From positions 1-64,000 of the forward strand of contig JAMDHS010000016.1 of assembly GCA_029717555.1 (NCBI GenBank): 64,000 bases of DNA. Reading direction: 5' to 3'. The notes below the pieces were generated by a model, which was not told where the DNA came from, made no database searches, and saw only the letters and a list, made by a program, of their open reading frames with translations. The DNA is from Peribolospora baueri. Taxonomy: Eukaryota. Both the position numbers and the translations under genes were made by a program. Positions within the stretch are counted from its first letter, which is position 1. Every line of letters starts with the position of its first letter. Positions 1 through 12,441 of the stretch are shown in pieces.

Positions 1-730
1 CGTAATCGCCTTGTTAATCGCACCAGCAGTGCGGGGCACCACCGCCTTGACAAGGAGCCTCGTATAGCGCAACTTGGACAACGTGCACGTGCCATCGAAG
101 TGTTGCGCACTTCCTCACGCTAGACTGGGCGATGAAGCACGTGACAGGCGAGGGTAAAAGAATAGTTCTGACCGGCGCTTTGTGGGGCGTTGGACGCGCC
201 TCTCAAGCCCTTAAAAAACCGCCGGCAAATCTTTCATCTCCGCCTCATCTCACAGCCGCTGGACCGAGGCCCTGAGCCCCAATTGGACCGAGCGTCTTTC
301 TGAAGGCAATGGGAGGTCCAACACAGTCTCCGACTTTGACAGCAGATGTAGCCTTCGTGAAATTGGAACGACCGAGTGAATCGCTATGTCATTGTCGCCC
401 AGATTCCCCGCGACATACATGTCACTTGATTTTCAAGGACGTGGCCAGGTGGTGTGTTAGTTTCTCCGCCGCGGTTACATCCTAACGTGGTTGAGAGAGT
501 CGGCGAATATGAGGGCTGATACAGATCAGCGGTGAAACGAAAATCAACGTTCCTTGATCCATTCCACACACGAGCGAATGTGCTTGAGCTAACGAACGAA
601 AACGGGCCTCATCAATCGGATGCAGCGAGGATCGGGGAGAAGTAAGTGGGTATGAAGGAAGTACTCGACAGCGATCGGATTGACTGAAGGGTACGCGGAC
701 GCCTTGGGCAAGGGATGGACTGTAACGCTG

Positions 731-1531
731 CTACATCTGCGGCCAATCCGCCAGGGGCAATGAGGGAACGTTGTACTCCTTCAAAGGCTTGCGAGATTGC
801 ACGTCGACCGTCATCTCGCTGGCGATGCGCAGCGCCTTGCAGGGGGAGATGGAACTTGCGACGACGGCTGGATCATCGAGGTCGGCGCCACGTTCGCTGC
901 GAAGGGCCATGCAGCGAATGAGCACGCCGACAGAGTAGACGTCGGCGAGGAATGGGTCGAGATCCGTGACGTCTGGCCCGACCTCGGGGGCGGTGAACCC
1001 GAGCGAAGCCGGGAAGAGCCTTTCCCCGGGTCTCGCGCTCCTTCCGAAATCGCAGAGCTTCAGGCGGCGCTGTCCTTCGTCCGCGGGCGTGATCAAGAGG
1101 TTACCGGGCGCGAGGTCGTTGTGTCCGAAACCATGCGAGTGGATGTGCAGGACGGCAGAGACGAGCTGAGCGTACCAATCGGACATGAGCGAGAATGGAG
1201 TGTTTTGGTTAAGATGGTCGTAGAGCGTCGTAGCGCCCACGATCTCCTCCAAGACGATGCCTACGTTCGCTGGCGCTTCGCAAACGAACACGACGATATT
1301 GGGATGTCTCTCCAGGGACGACAGGGCGCGAACTTCGCGACGGAAGGACTCCTCGACGTCGCGAGCATTGCTGAGTCCCTTCCGGATGTCTTCGGTGGCG
1401 CGCTGAATACTGACGATTGGAGTCTTGAGGAGACATCGCTGCAGGATCGCGTTGCCGCCTTTCGTGGCGAGTCTGAGCTCTGGAAGGGCCGGGGCACTTC
1501 CGTAAAACCCGGGTTCTTCCCACAACGGCAT
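731..1531 (-). CDS. Intronless atypical (non-RD) protein kinase-domain protein
   Basis: ORF from ATG 1531 carries the alphaC Glu (FRREVRAL), HPNIV, catalytic loop HNDLAPGN, DFG, APE and DVYSVG. There is no clear Gly-rich loop and the C-lobe is short. No introns. Confidence 0.8.
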   Translation of the reverse strand: MPLWEEPGFYGSAPALPELRLATKGGNAILQRCLLKTPIVSIQRATEDIRKGLSNARDVEESFRREVRALSSLERHPNIVVFVCEAPANVGIVLEEIVGATTLYDHLNQNTPFSLMSDWYAQLVSAVLHIHSHGFGHNDLAPGNLLITPADEGQRRLKLCDFGRSARPGERLFPASLGFTAPEVGPDVTDLDPFLADVYSVGVLIRCMALRSERGADLDDPAVVASSISPCKALRIASEMTVDVQSRKPLKEYNVPSLPLADWPQM

Positions 1532-1660
1532 GGCTCCCCGTCGCCGTGTTAGAGGCAAAGGGAGGTCGTGAAAGCGGAGGAGAACCTGGACGTGGAGGAT
1601 TCTCCAGTGAGCTGGTAGAGAGAGACGAGTGGAACGGTGCTTCGCTGCCTCTTCCCCCTC

Positions 1661-1666
1661 TTTATA
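1661..1666 (-). promoter_or_regulatory. Candidate TATA box for the kinase ORF
   Basis: TATAAA on the minus strand about 130 nt upstream of the kinase ATG. Confidence 0.4.
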
Positions 1667-3725
1667 GAGCGCGAAGGCCCTTCCCGTCGTCGATGTGAGC
1701 CCTCGTCTCCATTCTTTGAATCAACTCTTCCCTTCCAACTCGCTCTCGCGATATTTTGGTAGCAATTCGCTTTTCCTTTCCTTTTTGGGTCTCGTTTCAC
1801 GAGTCTACGTCCTCTCACTTCTCGCGCTCGAATTCTTCCTTCTTCCCGTCTCTTTTACTCAGCTTCCCTCTTCTTCTCGACTCGCCTGGCTTTTCTAGGC
1901 ATCCTATACCCCACCACAGCTGACCAACCTCGTCAGACTCGACTCGTGGCTCTCGACGACCCTTACACCTGTAACAAAGGGACATGGATGCACCAAGCCA
2001 CTAGGACAAAAGACCAAGGTTGTCGGGGGAGGCGACGGGTGGTGTGGCACGTGACATGCTCAATCATATTGCCGCAGCAACCAAGCCTATGTCACGGGAC
2101 GAAGGCCACTATACCCTTGGCTTCAAGTGTTGGACCAGGTGCATAAAGCCGACTGACGTAAGGAATCGGTCTGCATGCTATGTACTGGCAGGCGGCATCC
2201 GCGCGAGCGCAGCTCGCCAACCGTGATGCAGGCAGCGACCGCGGCTGCGAAACGCGGACATCGTTCGAGCTACATTTCACGCACCTCCCGCGTGACTGTC
2301 GATCGTCGTCCGTGTCATGCCGCCGAATATGACGGTTCGAAGTTCGCTCTCCACTTCGAGTAATCCTCGGACGCTTCCTCCGACTCGTTTTCGGCCGAAC
2401 ATCGCCTTGCCATATTTGGTAAACAACCTCACGCCCTGCCGTCGACTCCGAAGCCCCCCCCGGGCACCGATACGACGCCCACTTAAGGAAAACGTGGACG
2501 CCGGGGACATACCGACGCGGAGCGAACAAGAAAATTGGTGGCCGCGACTCGGACTGAAAGAGAGAAGCGCACACCCGTCGTCTTCTTGCTGCTGCACTCC
2601 AGCGATTTGCAACGATCGTCATCCTCTCACCCGTCACTCGCTAAACCGCCAGGCAGCTCCTCGTCGCTCACAAAAAAGGTATCAAGTCGAAACCATGCCC
2701 AAGCGCCTCTACATGACGTGAGTCCCAAAGCCCTTTCGAGGAATGGCTGGCCGCTCAGCTGTCTGACCCGGCGGCTTCGCAACGCTCCTTCCTGTCTGTA
2801 GTCGCCACGCTCAGGCGGAGCACAATGTCGCTGACGGCTACTCCGAGTGAGTGAATGGCCCGAACGAGCTTGTTGGGCTGGCTGGCAGATAGAACGGGTT
2901 GAAATGCAGCTACACCCTGTCCTTCTGTTCCTAACAATCTGCCACCAGCGTCATTTTTCTCTTCCCAGTCCACGACGCTCCTCTGACGAAGCTCGGCCGC
3001 GAGCAGGCCGCCCAGCTGCCCACGAAAACGGCTGCCATCCAGGGTGCCTGAGCTTCTCGTTGTCGTCGAAGCCCGAGCCATCGAGTGTGCTGCCGTGGTC
3101 GTGCTCTGCATGACACCGTAGCGTGCACTTGTTGCCTGCTACCCGTCGACGCGCGCGCGTGCCCTCGTCAACTCAGTCGCGCGTGCCTTTCCATTTTCTA
3201 GTTTCGTGCCTTGCTGGCGCGTGCCGGAAGATGTTGAAGCCGAGCTGGCGGGCTCGGCGAGCGAGGCCGGGGTGCGTGGGGCCCGTGGCGGTGTAAGGAA
3301 GGAAGCTAGAGGGAGATGGGGTGAGAAGCGGAGGTGCGTTTGTCAGTTGTCGCTCGAGACGCGGCCGACGGGACGGCGCGCCCATTACTGCGGCGAGGGT
3401 GTGTCCTTTACGCGCCGTGCCCGACCCCCATGTCGCCGGCGTCCCGTCCTGACGTCGCCCGTCCCACGAACCGCAGCGGGCGCTCTGATGTATGTCGTCA
3501 GGGCTAGTAGCAAAGTACGCATTCTGGGTTTGGATGGTCGTTTGTAGGAGTTTATCTTCCCAGACCTGCACACGGGCTGCATCGGACTCCCGGAAAAGAT
3601 GGGACAGGTTCAAAGGTGGGGGGGCATGCGCCGCGCCTTGAATCGCCGAGGGGAGTGTACTGTACTCGAGGCCTTTGCATCCTGCAAAGTATGCAAAGCG
3701 CTTTTCGGCAGGCAGCGGACAGTAT

Positions 3726-4064
3726 CCTGCCTCCATGAAGGTCCATCCCGTCTTCCATGTCTCGCTTCTGGAGCTGTTCGTCCCAAACACTCTGTCCTCT
3801 CGCCCCTCTGCCTCACCCCCACCTCCCGTCATCACCGAGGCGGGGCAAGAAGAGTATGAAGTTGCCAAGATACTCGATTCGCGTTTCTTCCGCCGCAAGC
3901 TGAAATACCTTGTCGACTGGGTTGGATACGGTCCTGAGGAGCGCTCCTGGGTGGACGCGCGCGACTTTGACGACGATGACAGCCTTGTAATCGACTTTCA
4001 CACGGCTTACCCCCAGAAGCCAGGCCAACGACGTCTCAACCGCGCTCGCGGAGCTCACGCTTAG
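3726..4064 (+). mobile_element. 5'-truncated Ty3/gypsy chromovirus pol fragment (integrase C-terminus + chromodomain)
   Basis: PASMKVHPVFHVSLL (integrase C-terminal motif) is followed by EEYEVAKILDSR...YLVDWVGYGPEERSWV (chromodomain). Stop at 4064; no RT, RNase H or integrase core upstream. Confidence 0.9.
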
Positions 4065-4076
4065 CCCCGGGGGTGC

Positions 4077-4369
4077 TGTCACAAACCTCCGCTGAGTCCG
4101 ACAGGGCGTCCGCATCTTTTCTCCCCAAGCTATGAATACTTTTGTCACCGTTCAGGTTTCCTCCAGAGTTCCCCGTCTAGTACCAGTACCTCTGTCCCAG
4201 CCTCCGCCCCATTCTCGTCCCTGTCCACACCCTTGCCCTTCGTCCCTCAGCTTTTGTCCCTGTCCCCGACTTGCTTGTTCCTTGCTTTGCGTCGACTTCT
4301 GGTGGATCTCCATTCCGTCCTCCGACCCTCGCTCGTGACCCGACCTGAGTAGGGAAGTCCTCCCTGACA
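4077..4369 (+). mobile_element. 3' LTR of the chromovirus fragment
   Basis: Begins TGTCA just after a G-run (PPT-like GGGGGTGC), 12 nt past the pol stop. Ends TGACA, giving a 5-bp terminal inverted repeat; 293 bp. Confidence 0.7.
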
Positions 4370-5015
4370 CGCCATCGCGTTTCGTCCTTCTCCTCTCCCT
4401 GCTAGCCCAGACAGAAGCAGCGGCAGCGATGGATAGACTGGTGGTAAGCCTCAGAAGAGAGATCAGACTTGCATTTGTGACCGTCTCGTCTGAAATTAAC
4501 AGCACAGACAGAAATACAGACGGGCCGACAAACATACCAATGGGTAGACGTGTTAGAGATGGAGTAGAGGAAAACCGGCAAATGGGTAAAACGAGGTGAG
4601 GGTCGAAAAGATGGGTGAGTCTGAAGAGATGGGTGGATGGCAGAGAGATGGATGGAGACGAGGAACAACGACTGCGACGGATGGGAGGACGCGCGTTGGA
4701 CTGAGGATAGGATGGGTGGCAAAAGAAGTTGGTAATTACCTAGGAGTGCTAACTCGGACTATCACCACCCCTATAATAATGCTCATGCTTCCCTCCCCCC
4801 GAGGAGGCTCAAAGGAAAAGATTGCTGACGGCAGAGGAACGAAGAACGAAAGACGATCCCAGACGATCGTGACACGAAGGTATCGACTGCTATTTCCTAC
4901 CAAGATCGACGTATCTCCCTATGAACCGGATATACACATCGTACAAGAAGGTTACGGCCTCGTGAGCGGCACAGCGCCGTCATCGCATCCTCTCGCCTGG
5001 AGCAAGGCACCCTCT

Positions 5016-8000
5016 CTACCCAAACATCTTAAGTTCAATCTTCGGCTCTTCCTTCTTTTGCACCTTTTGCGCATCCTTCTCCGCGCCGCCTAGCGCTCGC
5101 CTCACGCTCGCCTCGAGCAAGCCCCGCTGTTCTGCCTCAAGGGCAGCCGTGGCCTCCCGAAATGGAGCCGGATGGGAAGTGGCGAGACCAACGAGTTGAG
5201 CGACGGCGAGGTTGTGGGCCGGGGAAGTAGTGGCGGACGTCGGGGACGAGGAAAGGAAGAGAATGAGGACCGGAAGGACGATAGCTAGAACGTGGGTACC
5301 TGAATAGTTCCAAAGGACAAGAGATACGAGCTCAGCGATTGCTTTGCGCGCAGCCCACGGGTAGGAAGCGGACTCACGTTGGGCTTCCCCTACCGCGCCT
5401 GCCAACCCGACGAGGGCCTTCATCACCTCCTCTGCCTTGACCTTCCTTGGATCCATGGAGCCATCCCAGCTACCGGTCTCTTCGCTCGCCTTGGCCAGCC
5501 ACTCGACGAGGCCCGGTAAGAGCTGACCCACTGCGTATTGCATCGCTGGTCCGCCGCGAGCGGAGGCGAGCACGAGACTTTTGGCGCAATGCACGGCCGT
5601 CAGGCTCACCTCCGGATCTGTCACCGAGAAATGCGAGACGAGGAGGTAGCACAGATGCTCGACGATGGTCTGGGACACCTTGATCGGCGTGGAGGAAGAC
5701 GCGGGCGGTAGGGATGTGAGGACAAGGACGGCGGCAAGCATATTGTTTTTCGCCTTGATCGTCACGATGCGGTGCTGTCGACCCCTGTGGTAATCCGCGC
5801 CGGACATGAGTAAACTCTCGCAGTGTAAATGCTACTGCTCATATCCGGCCACATTTACGTACCTTATCTCCTCAATATTCTGCAAGGTCGACGACAAGAA
5901 GCCCTGGACGATACGCGGAAGGACGTCGCTGCCCGGTCGGGCCGCTCGCCAAGCTTGATCGCAGAGCATTTTGAGCGAGGGCAGGTTGGGACCGACGAGG
6001 TCGACTTCGGACGACTCGTCCTTGAGCAGCTCAGAGAATTGCAGAAAGCCGATGCCAAAGAGCGACTCGTGGAGCAAGGGTGGGAATGCGGTCACTATCG
6101 ATGTGAACGCAGCAAAGGCGGCCCGCAAAAGCTGCACCTGGTCGTTTGACGTGCTCTTTTTAAGACCTTTCGCGAGCATGGGAAATGAGACCTGTCAGCA
6201 CTTCTTCGGTAACTTCGGCAGACGCGGTCCTGCGCCACTCACGAGCATGGCCTAGCACGTAAACGACGATCCGCAGACACTGCGTCAACTTGGAGCCCTT
6301 GGCCAGGACCGTACTGTCCTTCTCAGATCCGCTGAGCAACTGTGCACCATAGCTCTCCGCAAGGCCGGTGACCAACTCAACGACTTCGACCTGAACCAGC
6401 GACGACTCGGTCATGACAACCCGGTAGCAGAGGTTGCAAAGCTCCTCGAACGTCGAATCCTGCAACATCACTGGCCCTGCGTATTCAGACCGACACAAGC
6501 TCTGGAGCGCCTCAAGCGCAGTTCGCATTGTCGGCGCAGCGCCAGGACCCGCTGCTCCGACGCCGGCAGTGGTAGCCAACGCCTCGAAGGCGAGTCCGTA
6601 GAGGACGAAAAAGAAGAGCGCAGGCTCGGCCCGGGTCTTGGAAGGCGAACGAATAGCTTCTGCTTCCTTCCCTTGATCGGGCTGGATACCGTCCATTGCC
6701 TTGGCGATCGATGGGTCATCATTGCGCATGAGAACGGTCACCGCATGCAACATCTTGTACCATGAACGTTCGTAATACTACGGAAAACGAAAGGAGTATA
6801 TTAACGCTTGTTTTGTTGGCCGCGTCTGGGACAACATCTAGTTCAAATGGGGAGGTGAACACTCACCGGAGCAATAACTTCCCTAGCCACTGCAGAATAA
6901 GTGACATCTAGACCAGAGCTCGCGGAAACGCCCATCATTGATGAAGCTCCGTCAGGGTCGTTGTGGATCTTGGCGTACTCGCGAAGCGAAGCAAGCCAGA
7001 AACCGCACAGCGACGGCACGTGGGGTCGCAATACTGTCTCGACGTACTTCTGTCCGCTGGCGCTCGCCACTTGGAGTTCCGCCCAAGCGGCGAAGACGGA
7101 CACTTTCAGCATGGCGGCCGCATTAGATGAGAGATCAGAGACGTCTCCAAGAGAGCTCATGTTGGGGTCTACAGAAGGAGAGCGAGATGGTGTCGATGAA
7201 TGAACAATCCTGAGATCGCGAAGGCATGTCAGGTACAAGTGGTGCTCACATTTACAACTCTCTAATGACGCGGTGAGCAACTTTGCAATGCGGCCCATTT
7301 TGTCAAGTTCCTTGACCACGCCCGACCCGACGAACACGGCGGAAAGCCTCACAGCCGCAGCAAGAACTTCTGGCGTCGAATCCGAGCTGAACGCCGGCGT
7401 GAGTGCGGCGGCGATGGGCGCCTGGTGTTGCTCGAGGAGCAAGGTGTCATCAAAGTCCGGATCCCGTGCCCGGGAGAAGCGCTCGATTACATCACCCAGC
7501 ACCGTGAGCCCCTCCAGTCGGATCTCGCTCACGTGCGCGGTGCTAGCGGTGAAAGCCATGCGGATAATGTCGGCCACGCGGTTGATGAGCAGACCTCGTC
7601 TCTCCGCCGCCGCCAGACCTCCTGGAGGGACGTCAAAGTTCTCCATTCGACCGGAGCGTACGACGGTGAGGAAGATTTCGTGGACGCATTGAAGAGCGAA
7701 GAGCTGCGTACGCCACCGACTGGTGAGACGAGCAGATGGCGCATCGCCGCCAACATTTATCGTCGCCACCTCATCGTCTTGTAGAGCCGGTTTGGGCGGG
7801 GCAGCGGCGGCCTTATTGGCGTCTGCGGAGGCGGTGGCCCGGGACATGATCCGTTGACACAAATCTATCCACCCGGATGGGTTATGCTCCGACGTCTGAC
7901 GAAGCCAGCTGAGAATCACTTCTCTCACGCCGTCGATGCTTGGGTCATCGTCGAGCTGCTTGAAAAAGTCCTCCACCAGCTTGTCGCCTCCGAGCTTGCT

Positions 8001-11000
8001 CATGAGCGTCGCGTTGCGCTGTGCGAGCTGGTAGAAGCCGTTGATGGCGGCGATCTTCAGCGGCCGAATCCGACTGCCAAGGTGTGCTCGGAGGTTGTCA
8101 ATATACAGAGGAAGGTCAACCGCGTCTGGGGCAAACATGGCAAGGTGCTGAAGGCACTTGATTGCCTCCACACGGATACCCTCGTCGGTCTCCGCGTTAA
8201 ATTCGCCCAGAACAGTGAGTAGGACAGCCCTCGCCTTCGTCTCCTCTTGCAGCTCAGGGCCTAGGACGCCAACGCTGGCGTCGATAAGCTTGCAAATGAC
8301 CTGAAGCGCCGGCAAGTCGCCCCGGAGGTTGACGCTGCCGATGGAGCCGCCCTCAGGCTCGTGACTGTCCTGCATGTACAGTTTGACGAGCATGCCGAGC
8401 GTCGAAGTGACGAAAGGGGAGTAGGACAGCGATGCTGCGTCGACCACACATACAAGAGCCTGCATGGCCCAAAAGTGCACAACCGGGTGGGGATCGTTGC
8501 TGAGCGACATGAGCACGTTGACGATTGTCTTGGTCAACGGGCTTGCGGCCAGCCCGCCAACGTGGCTGTAGATGGCTCCAAAAGCGAGAGCGCAACCGGC
8601 GCGACCGTCTGGGTCGCGGTCGGAAACGACGTGGTCGACGAGGTACTGAATCTGCGCCGTCATGAACTGGGAGCCCGCCACGGTGGCCAGTCGACCAAAA
8701 GCCTCGCTGCCAAGCTTGCGCAGTGATACGTCGTTGCTGAGAATGGCGTTCTACGGGAGAGAAACAAAGCCCACTCGGTAGACCAAATTAGAAGGCAAAA
8801 ACAAGAAAATCAGAGTGCTTTCGCGAGCCGATCTCTCACCCTGAGGATCTCCCTCGCCGCGCCGTTCACTCGCTTGTCCGCCCAACCATCCTGTAACCTT
8901 TTACCGCCACGCATCGACACGCGCAATGCCCCGAGCAAAGCCACGACGGCGTTGATTTCTATGGCCATCTTCCTTCCTGGGTTCTTCTCCAACTTCGAGC
9001 TGCGGAGGTGGGTTTGGAGCTGCTCAAGCGTGTTGGCTTGGACATCGGCGCTTTGAGTGGGGAAAAGGAGAGCGAAGAGCCAGATAGACGCGTCGACGGC
9101 AGATGTCGCTACGGGGGTTGGGAGGGGAAGAGACATTGAAGAAGCGGGGCCGGCGGAAGGGGAGGAGGAAGATGAGGCGTAGAGGACAAGGGGATCGTGC
9201 TCCGGGGCGCCTAGGATGGGCCGTTGAAGGAAGCCTTCCAGCTCAGCCTCGATGGCGTCCCGGTTGAGCCAATCGCTCCTGCTTCGGCTGGAGCGCGCGT
9301 CCTCATCTCCATCGTCCTCCCAACTGCCCAATCCATCGGCCGCACCGTCCCCACCGGCCTCCCCGATCCTGGTCTCACCCTGGACGACCAGTCCCGTGAC
9401 GCCAAAAGCATATCCATCGGCGCACGACCACACGCTCTTGAAGTTGCCCGCGCTGGCTGCGATCGCGGCCTGCGCCGTTGAGCCGATGTATGCGTCCGGG
9501 TCGGCCAATTCGGTGAGAGCGGCGGAGAGGAGGGCGGGGTGCATGGGTTCGATGGCGGAGGAGGCGACGCTTGAATACATAGGGAGAGGAACAGGGCCGA
9601 GAGCGGCGACACATTGGAGCAATCGCCGCCGGAGTAGAAGGTCCCGGTCGAGAAGGGTGAGAGTGGTGTGATTGGTGCCGGTCGGTGCGAGGCTACTGAG
9701 GCCAACCTCTTGAGCGAGATCACTGTGGGTGTCGCGGAAATGGTTGGAGAACTGGAGCGTGTTCGCAAGGAGGGTAACGAGGCGGCGGGCCGTCTCGAGA
9801 GACAAGAGCTTGGAGCGGTTGTGCTTAAGGAAGCACAGCATGGCACCAAGGGTGGCCTCGCGCACATGGAGCAAGAACGCCCATTCGCCGTCGCTCCTGC
9901 CGCCCGGCTCCGCGTCCTTGGATGCGGGTTTGGGCAGTGCGTTCCGCCATAGGACAAGCAGCTGCGCGAGATGGGTGCGGACAAAGTTGGGACCAAGGCT
10001 CATGAGCGCGCCGATGAGCGTCCACGCGACGGTGATTTCAACGCCGCTGATGTGCAGCTCGTGGTTCGCAGAGGCCTTGAGAAGGTTGATCGACATGGAC
10101 AAGACCTTGGCAGGCTGGTCGAACGAGACGTACAACGGGCGACATGGCATGACGGCCAGCAGGGCAGCCAGGGCTCGCGTGTGGCCCATCGTCCGCCGAG
10201 CCAAGTCCGGTGACGGCGAGCCCGTGAAGGACCCTTGTGCAGGGGATTGTGGCCTTGAAGACGACGGAGGGGGCGCGTTTGTGAGCGAGTTGAGGTCCCT
10301 CTGCAAGCCTTCCATGACGATTGCAACGGTACTAGTGAGCCTGTTCGGGTTGACCATGACGAAGGAGCGAAGCGCCCAGGCGGCTGCGATCTGGACTGAG
10401 TGGCTCGGATGCTCAGTAATGCGGAGGAGCGGCTCGGAGAGAGCATCCTGCAGCTGCGAAGGGACACTGCCGAGCTGACCAACGAGACTGGCGACCTCGT
10501 CCAGTGCAAGGACGTGGGTGTATTTAGTTGGCGCAGTTTGACCGGGCATGAGCGCGGGGTAGCGCTTGAGGATGGAAGTGGCGATCTCGCGAACAGCCAT
10601 GACCTGGCCTTGCTCGGTCAACAGCCTTACTCCGACCAGCCTGCGCATGAGCAGGCCGATAGCGCGCCTCGTAGCGAGCGTTTCGAAGCGTGGGTTGGTC
10701 GAGCCGGCACTGCTAGAGGCGGGAGGGGAGGTCGAATTGCGAGGGTGATTAGGCAGGTCTTCGAACAGGTGTTTGAGGAGGACGGCATAATTTGTCTCCA
10801 CCCAATTCGTGCCGAGCCGGGTGAGAGTCGTGCCGTAGACGTCCAAAATGGCGTTGCGAGTGCGGCGGGACGTAGAGCTTTTGTTAAAAGGAGCGGAGAG
10901 CAGGGAGAGCATCTGCTCGGGGCTCAGCAATGTCGCTCTAACTGCTTCACCCCCAGCCGAGGTCGGGCCACCGCTGCCGGCGACCGGCACGGGATATGGA

Positions 11001-12187
11001 TCGTCTTCGTCGCTCCCATCCGCGCCATCCTTCTTCTTCTTCGACGGCTTTTTCTTAACCTCGGGAAGCGGCACGCTACCTTCTGACTGAGTCCACGCCA
11101 AGATCCCAGCCGCGAGACGAGAAAGAGCTCGACAGGTGGGAAAGTCGGCGCTGTCGAGAGCCTTAATGATGACAGAAAGGATGGATTCGATCTCGTTCGT
11201 CGTGGAGAATAGAGTATTCTCGGACGCCACCAGGGACAGGCACTTGAAGGAGACCAAATCGGAGAGTGAGCAAACACAGAAGACCGACGGAGTAGAGGCA
11301 TTGAGGGACCCACATCTGCGCATGCCCTTTGCACGGCCGCCGCCTTATCGTGGAGACCGTTCCGCAACTGTTTGACGATGTCTTTCATTTGTTGCTCTAC
11401 GATCGAATTTCCAGCCGTCTGTATGGCTTTCTGCAAGGAAAGCACGGCATGATAACGAAGGATGACTGGCTGGGAGGTGGCCTTCAAAATTTTGATCAGA
11501 CCTGTGACAGCATCGGAGAGGAGACTGATGACCTGCCCGCCGAGCTCCTTAAACAGATCGCCAAGGACGAAACAGCTGGCCGTCCTGGCCTCTCTGCTAA
11601 TTTCAAACCCCTTGGGCACCTCTCCAGTAGCACCCCTAAGCAGGTTTTGGGCCACTTCGAAGAGAGACTTGGTGTCGCCGCGGCGGAATGTCGCAACGAA
11701 CAGGCGAGCCATGATATGCCGCGCGGGCCGGCCGGGTTTCCGCAAAGAAACTGACGTGGGGCTCGAAGAGGAAGGAAAAGAAGCGGTAGGAGGACAGCCG
11801 AGGAGACGTAAGAGCGAGCTGATGAGAGATGGTTGCGCTTGGCGGACGTCCTCCTTCGCGAGGCAAATGAACGTGCGATGGTCAGCCCGCTAAAGGTCCA
11901 CCGAAGCCCCGGCAAAAAAGTGAAGCAGGAAATGCACCTCGTCCAGCTCCTTCACGGCCTTTTCCGCTTGTGCAAGCCACTGTAGCAAATAGATGTCCCC
12001 CTGATCGGCGGAAGTGGCTGCCGCGAGCTGGGACTGCGGGGGAGTCAGGAGGTGCCGGGCGTGAGCTCGTGATCATGGACAAATCTGCCAGTACAGTGTG
12101 CGCATCTAGAGGATGACGGTGCGGTACGTAGGTACGAACCTCATCGAGGACAAGGTCCTCGGGATCTGCCTTGTTCTTTTCCACCAT
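5016..12187 (-). CDS. LAA1: HEAT-repeat AP-1 accessory protein (Laa1/HEATR5/Sip1 family), multi-exon
   Basis: Exon ORFs 8810-11323, 6843-8681, 6160-6753, 5832-6179 and 5016-5807 include RAGCALAFGAIYSHVGG, SRWRTQLFA, DPDFDDTLLLEQHQAPIAAALTPAF and the C-terminal PKIELKMFG. Start MVEKNKADPEDL at 12187, followed by a GT donor. Confidence 0.85.
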
Positions 12188-12321
12188 TGCTTTTGTCCCG
12201 ACCAGAAGCCCTTCCTTCGAAAGCGGTCCTTGTAGGGAATGGCTACTGCATTGGTGAGCTCGACGCCTCGCCCGGTCTACATGTGGGAAACTCGGTGATG
12301 ATCGTTCGCACCAGCCGCAGC

Positions 12322-12339
12322 ACGCGTAAATGCACGCGT
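12322..12339 (+). promoter_or_regulatory. Paired MCB-like (ACGCGT) boxes in the LAA1/SLD5 divergent promoter
   Basis: ACGCGT at 12322-12327 and 12334-12339, about 100 nt upstream of the SLD5 ATG. Confidence 0.55.
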
Positions 12340-12441
12340 AGGAAGCATCAGCGAGGTTTATGTACGTCCTAGTCGGTTGGCGTGGAGGGTGAGGCTTCGT
12401 GTGCACTTTCTCTCTGTCTCCAACCCACACCCGCCCCCACC

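Noticed and set aside
797..1552. 251-aa plus-strand ORF antisense to the kinase
   Set aside because: It mirrors the kinase ORF in GC-rich DNA and shows no domain features.
2000..3700. Several 60-240-aa ORFs between the kinase and the gypsy fragment
   Set aside because: No recognisable motifs or consistent splice model; cannot be supported as genes.
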